Made by a program: the position numbers and the translations under genes | Notes under the pieces: generated by a model | What the model was told of the DNA's origin: nothing | The model's input: the letters and a program-made list of their open reading frames with translations, nothing else | Database searches by the model: none | NCBI GenBank assembly: GCA_964396575.1 | Contig: CAYNGG010000004.1 | Span: 1-34,964 of the forward strand | DNA length: 34,964 nt | Source: an uncultured Desulfobacteraceae bacterium | GTDB lineage: Bacteria > Desulfobacterota > Desulfobacteria > Desulfobacterales > JAABSP01 | Direction of reading: 5' to 3' | Part shown: piece by piece, positions 32,293 to 34,964 of the stretch | How positions within the stretch are numbered: the first letter of the stretch is position 1 | Layout: each line of letters begins with the position of its first letter

Positions 32293-33759
32293 ATGAATAA
32301 ACAGTCTCGCTTTTTTTACCGAATCTTGCCGGTGCTGACGGTTTTCCTCCTCGCGACCGCCGTCGGTGCCGCGCCTCGCACCGTTTACGTGATTCCGGCC
32401 CAGGGCAATGTGGAGCCGGGTTTGGCCGCGTTCATCGAGCGATGCCTCACGGAGACGGCCGAGGACCCGAACGCTTTGGTGGTCCTCGAGATGGACACCT
32501 TCGGCGGCCGGGTGGACTCGGCCTTTTCCATCGTTGACAGCATCGTCAACATCCCCACCGGCAAGACGGTCGCCTATGTCTCCAAAAAGGCCATCTCCGC
32601 CGGAGCCCTCATCGCCATGGCCTGTAACGAGCTGGTCATGAAGCCCCATACCACCATCGGCGACTGCGCTCCGATCATCAACTCCAGCGAGGGTCCCAAG
32701 ATGATGGGGGAGAAGTTCCAGTCCCCCCTGCGGGCCAAGTTCCGGTCCCTGGCCAAGCGCAACGGCTATCCCGAGACCCTGGTTGAAGCCATGGTCACCG
32801 CCGACATGACCGTCTATCGGGTGGAGATGAACGACACGGTCCGTTACATGGACGCGGTGGCCTTTACGGACCTCACCGAGGCCGAAAAGGCGTCGGTGAC
32901 GTCCAAAAAGACGGTGGTGGCCGAAGGGGAGCTGCTGACCGTGGACGACGTCGAGGCGGAGGCGCTCGGGTTGTCCCGGATGAGCGCCGGGAGCATCGAG
33001 GAGATGTTGGCGGCCATGGACATCACCGACTACACGATCCAGCGGATGGACGAGGTCTGGTCCGAGTCCTTTGTCCGTTTGATTTCCACGATGGCTCCGA
33101 TCCTGATGATGATCGGCCTGGCGGCCCTCTATACCGAGATCCAGGCGCCCGGCTTCGGGTTGCCCGGCCTGGTGGGGGTCATCTGTCTGGGGCTGGTCCT
33201 CTTCAACCAGTACCTGGTGGGCCTGGCCAATTACACCGAGCTCCTGCTTCTCATCCTGGGGCTCATCCTTATGGGATACGAGATCTTTGTTCTGCCCGGC
33301 TTCGGGATCGCCGGATTTGCCGGGGTGGCCGTCATCGCGATGGCGATGGTTCTGGCTTTTCAGGGCTTTGTTCTGCCCAACCCGGACCTGCCCTGGCAGA
33401 TGGCGTTGTTGATGAAAAACATCACCATGGTCCTGATGGCTTTGGTGGGGGCGTTCGTGGCTTCGCTGATCCTCATGCGCTACGTCTTTCCCACCATCAG
33501 CCGATATACGAGGGAAGGGCCTTACCTTTCGACCAGTCTGGGCGGAGCCCACGCCGACTCATTGGAAACCGCCTATGTCCATGCCGGGGACCGGGGGGTG
33601 GCCGCCACTTTTCTCCGCCCCGCCGGGAAGGTGACCGTCGGCGACGAGACGGTGGACGCCGTGTCCGAGGGAGAATTCATCGAAAAGGGGACGCGGGTCC
33701 GGGTTTTGGCCATCGAGGGAAACCGGGTGATCGTGGAGCGGGAGGCGGCCGATGGGTGA
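32293..33759 (+). CDS. NfeD-family membrane-bound ClpP-class serine protease
   Basis: 488 aa with a signal/anchor, then a ClpP-like domain (VLEMDTFGGRVDSAFSIVDSI...AISAGALIAMACNELVM), multiple TM helices, and a C-terminal OB-like NfeD domain. Confidence 0.85.
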   Translation: MNKQSRFFYRILPVLTVFLLATAVGAAPRTVYVIPAQGNVEPGLAAFIERCLTETAEDPNALVVLEMDTFGGRVDSAFSIVDSIVNIPTGKTVAYVSKKAISAGALIAMACNELVMKPHTTIGDCAPIINSSEGPKMMGEKFQSPLRAKFRSLAKRNGYPETLVEAMVTADMTVYRVEMNDTVRYMDAVAFTDLTEAEKASVTSKKTVVAEGELLTVDDVEAEALGLSRMSAGSIEEMLAAMDITDYTIQRMDEVWSESFVRLISTMAPILMMIGLAALYTEIQAPGFGLPGLVGVICLGLVLFNQYLVGLANYTELLLLILGLILMGYEIFVLPGFGIAGFAGVAVIAMAMVLAFQGFVLPNPDLPWQMALLMKNITMVLMALVGAFVASLILMRYVFPTISRYTREGPYLSTSLGGAHADSLETAYVHAGDRGVAATFLRPAGKVTVGDETVDAVSEGEFIEKGTRVRVLAIEGNRVIVEREAADG

Positions 33760-34246
33760 CCTGATACTCGTGGCCCTGCTTCAGCTCGCCGGGGCCGCCG
33801 TAATCATTGCCGAGCTCTTTCTTCCATCGGCCGGGGTCCTGTCGATCATAGCGGTGGGGCTCATCGGCTACTCGATTTACATTGTCTTCACCGCCATTTC
33901 GGAGACCGCCGGCGCGGTGCTCATCGGGATCGATATGATCCTGCTGCCCGTGGCGGTGATCGTGGGGATCAAGCTGATCGCCCGTTCTCCGCTCACCTTG
34001 AAGACCTCGCTGTCCCGCGCCGGCGGCGTGATCTCGCAATCCCCCGAGCTCGAGACCTACCTCGACGCCCGGGGCCAGGCCGTATCCGACCTTAGACCCT
34101 CGGGAATTGCCGTCATCAACGGCCGGCGGCTCGATGTCACCACCCGGGGGGAATATATCGAGCGGGGCGCCGATGTCTATGTCTCGGCGGTTCGCGGCAA
34201 TCAGATCATCGTCCGTCAGACCAAACCCAAGATTGAAACCCCTTGA
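33752..34246 (+). CDS. NfeD-like protein (TM helices plus C-terminal OB-fold)
   Basis: 164 aa. Overlaps the upstream stop by 8 nt. Has a hydrophobic N-terminal half and a C-terminal GQAVSDLRPSGIAVINGRRLDVTTRGEYIERGADVYV motif. Confidence 0.75.
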   Translation: MGDLILVALLQLAGAAVIIAELFLPSAGVLSIIAVGLIGYSIYIVFTAISETAGAVLIGIDMILLPVAVIVGIKLIARSPLTLKTSLSRAGGVISQSPELETYLDARGQAVSDLRPSGIAVINGRRLDVTTRGEYIERGADVYVSAVRGNQIIVRQTKPKIETP

Positions 34247-34267
34247 CCCAATTTCAGGAGGTGCTTA

Positions 34268-34964
34268 ATGGGCTTTTCCCAATTCATTATGATCATCATC
34301 GTCATTGCGGCGATCGTCATGCTCTACTTCGTCGGCTCGGCCATTTCCCTCTGGATTCAGGCCCTGGTCTCCGGCGCCCACGTGGGGCTGGTCAATATCG
34401 TCTTCATGCGGTTCCGGAAGGTCCCGCCCAAGCTCATCGTCGAATCGAAAATCATGGCGGTGAAAGCGGGCCTGGAGATCGGCACCAACGACCTCGAGTC
34501 CCACTACCTGGCCGGCGGCGACGTCATGCGGGTGGTCCAGGCCCTCATCGCGGCGGACAAGGCCAAAATCGAGCTGAAGTTCAACCGGGCCGTGGCCATC
34601 GACCTGGCCGGCCGGAACGTCCTGGAGGCGGTCCAGATGAGCGTCAATCCCAAGGTGATCGAAACTCCGCTGGTGGCGGCCATGGCCAAGGACGGCATCC
34701 AGCTCAAAGCGGTCTCCCGGGTGACGGTCCGGGCCAATATCGACCGGCTGGTGGGCGGCGCCGGAGAGGAGACCATCCTCGCCCGGGTGGGTGAAGGCAT
34801 CGTCACCACCATCGGGTCGGCCGAATCCCACAAAAACGTCCTGGAAAATCCGGACCTGATTTCCAAGCGGGTCCTGGAAAAAGGGCTGGACGCGGGCACC
34901 GCCTACGAGATCCTCTCCATCGACATCGCCGACGTGGACGTGGGCAAGAACATCGGCGCCGAGC
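34268..34964 (+). CDS. floA: Flotillin-like protein FloA (UPF0365/YqfA family), N-terminal 232 codons; runs off the right edge
   Basis: Not in the ORF track (no stop in window). ATG at 34268 with AGGAGG upstream. Hand translation gives [17 protein letters not shown]...[58 protein letters not shown]...[19 protein letters not shown], closely matching B. subtilis YqfA as I recall it. Confidence 0.85.
   Translation, partial: MGFSQFIMIIIVIAAIVMLYFVGSAISLWIQALVSGAHVGLVNIVFMRFRKVPPKLIVESKIMAVKAGLEIGTNDLESHYLAGGDVMRVVQALIAADKAKIELKFNRAVAIDLAGRNVLEAVQMSVNPKVIETPLVAAMAKDGIQLKAVSRVTVRANIDRLVGGAGEETILARVGEGIVTTIGSAESHKNVLENPDLISKRVLEKGLDAGTAYEILSIDIADVDVGKNIGAE

Noticed and set aside
32044-33552. 502-aa minus-strand ORF opposite nfeD
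   Set aside because: Shadow ORF with a His/Gly/Asp/Arg-rich low-complexity composition. The plus-strand frame has the ClpP-like and TM features of NfeD.

Overview
High-GC bacterial chromosomal window. The gene content (split-Soret-type cytochrome c, NfeD/FloA, Liv transporter) suggests a Desulfobacterota-like anaerobe, but that is inference only. From left to right: (i) the first 889 codons of a DUF499-family anti-phage ATPase on the minus strand, running off the left edge. (ii) Two convergent operons forming an orphan acyl-chain cluster. A B12-domain radical SAM and a KAS III-like enzyme on the plus strand face HTH, BtrH_N/DUF4872, ACP, KS and a Cys-less KS partner on the minus strand. (iii) A decayed livF 3' remnant. 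(iv) A Type I R-M operon, hsdM-hsdS-(truncated rhuM)-hsdR, with ATGA-coupled junctions. (v) A 3,456-bp lower-GC cassette encoding a single-polypeptide MmeI-like Type IIG/IIL R-M enzyme. It is bracketed by a 522-bp direct duplication (521/522 identical) of the hsdR 3' end plus 170 bp of downstream DNA. (vi) aat, a histidine-kinase relic, an AT-richer patch with a Tat-exported dihaem C_GCAxxG_C_C cytochrome and a LysR regulator, then a 0.5-kb AT-rich spacer carrying repeats. (vii) Core genes: livK-H-M-G-F, an M1 aminopeptidase, fabH, a small Asp/Tyr-tailed protein, and nfeD-nfeD-floA, with floA running off the right edge. I recognised no rRNA, tRNA, CRISPR array, transposase or integrase. The best leads are the repeat-bracketed Type IIG cassette (a Campbell-type integration signature with no recombinase) and the orphan rSAM/KS/ACP/BtrH cluster wedged between defence modules. 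Secondary leads are a rhuM fragment framed by a duplicated hsdS/hsdR junction, a triple Cys-knuckle insert in HsdR, and several short periodic repeats in leaders. All homology calls come from motif recognition by eye; no searches were run.
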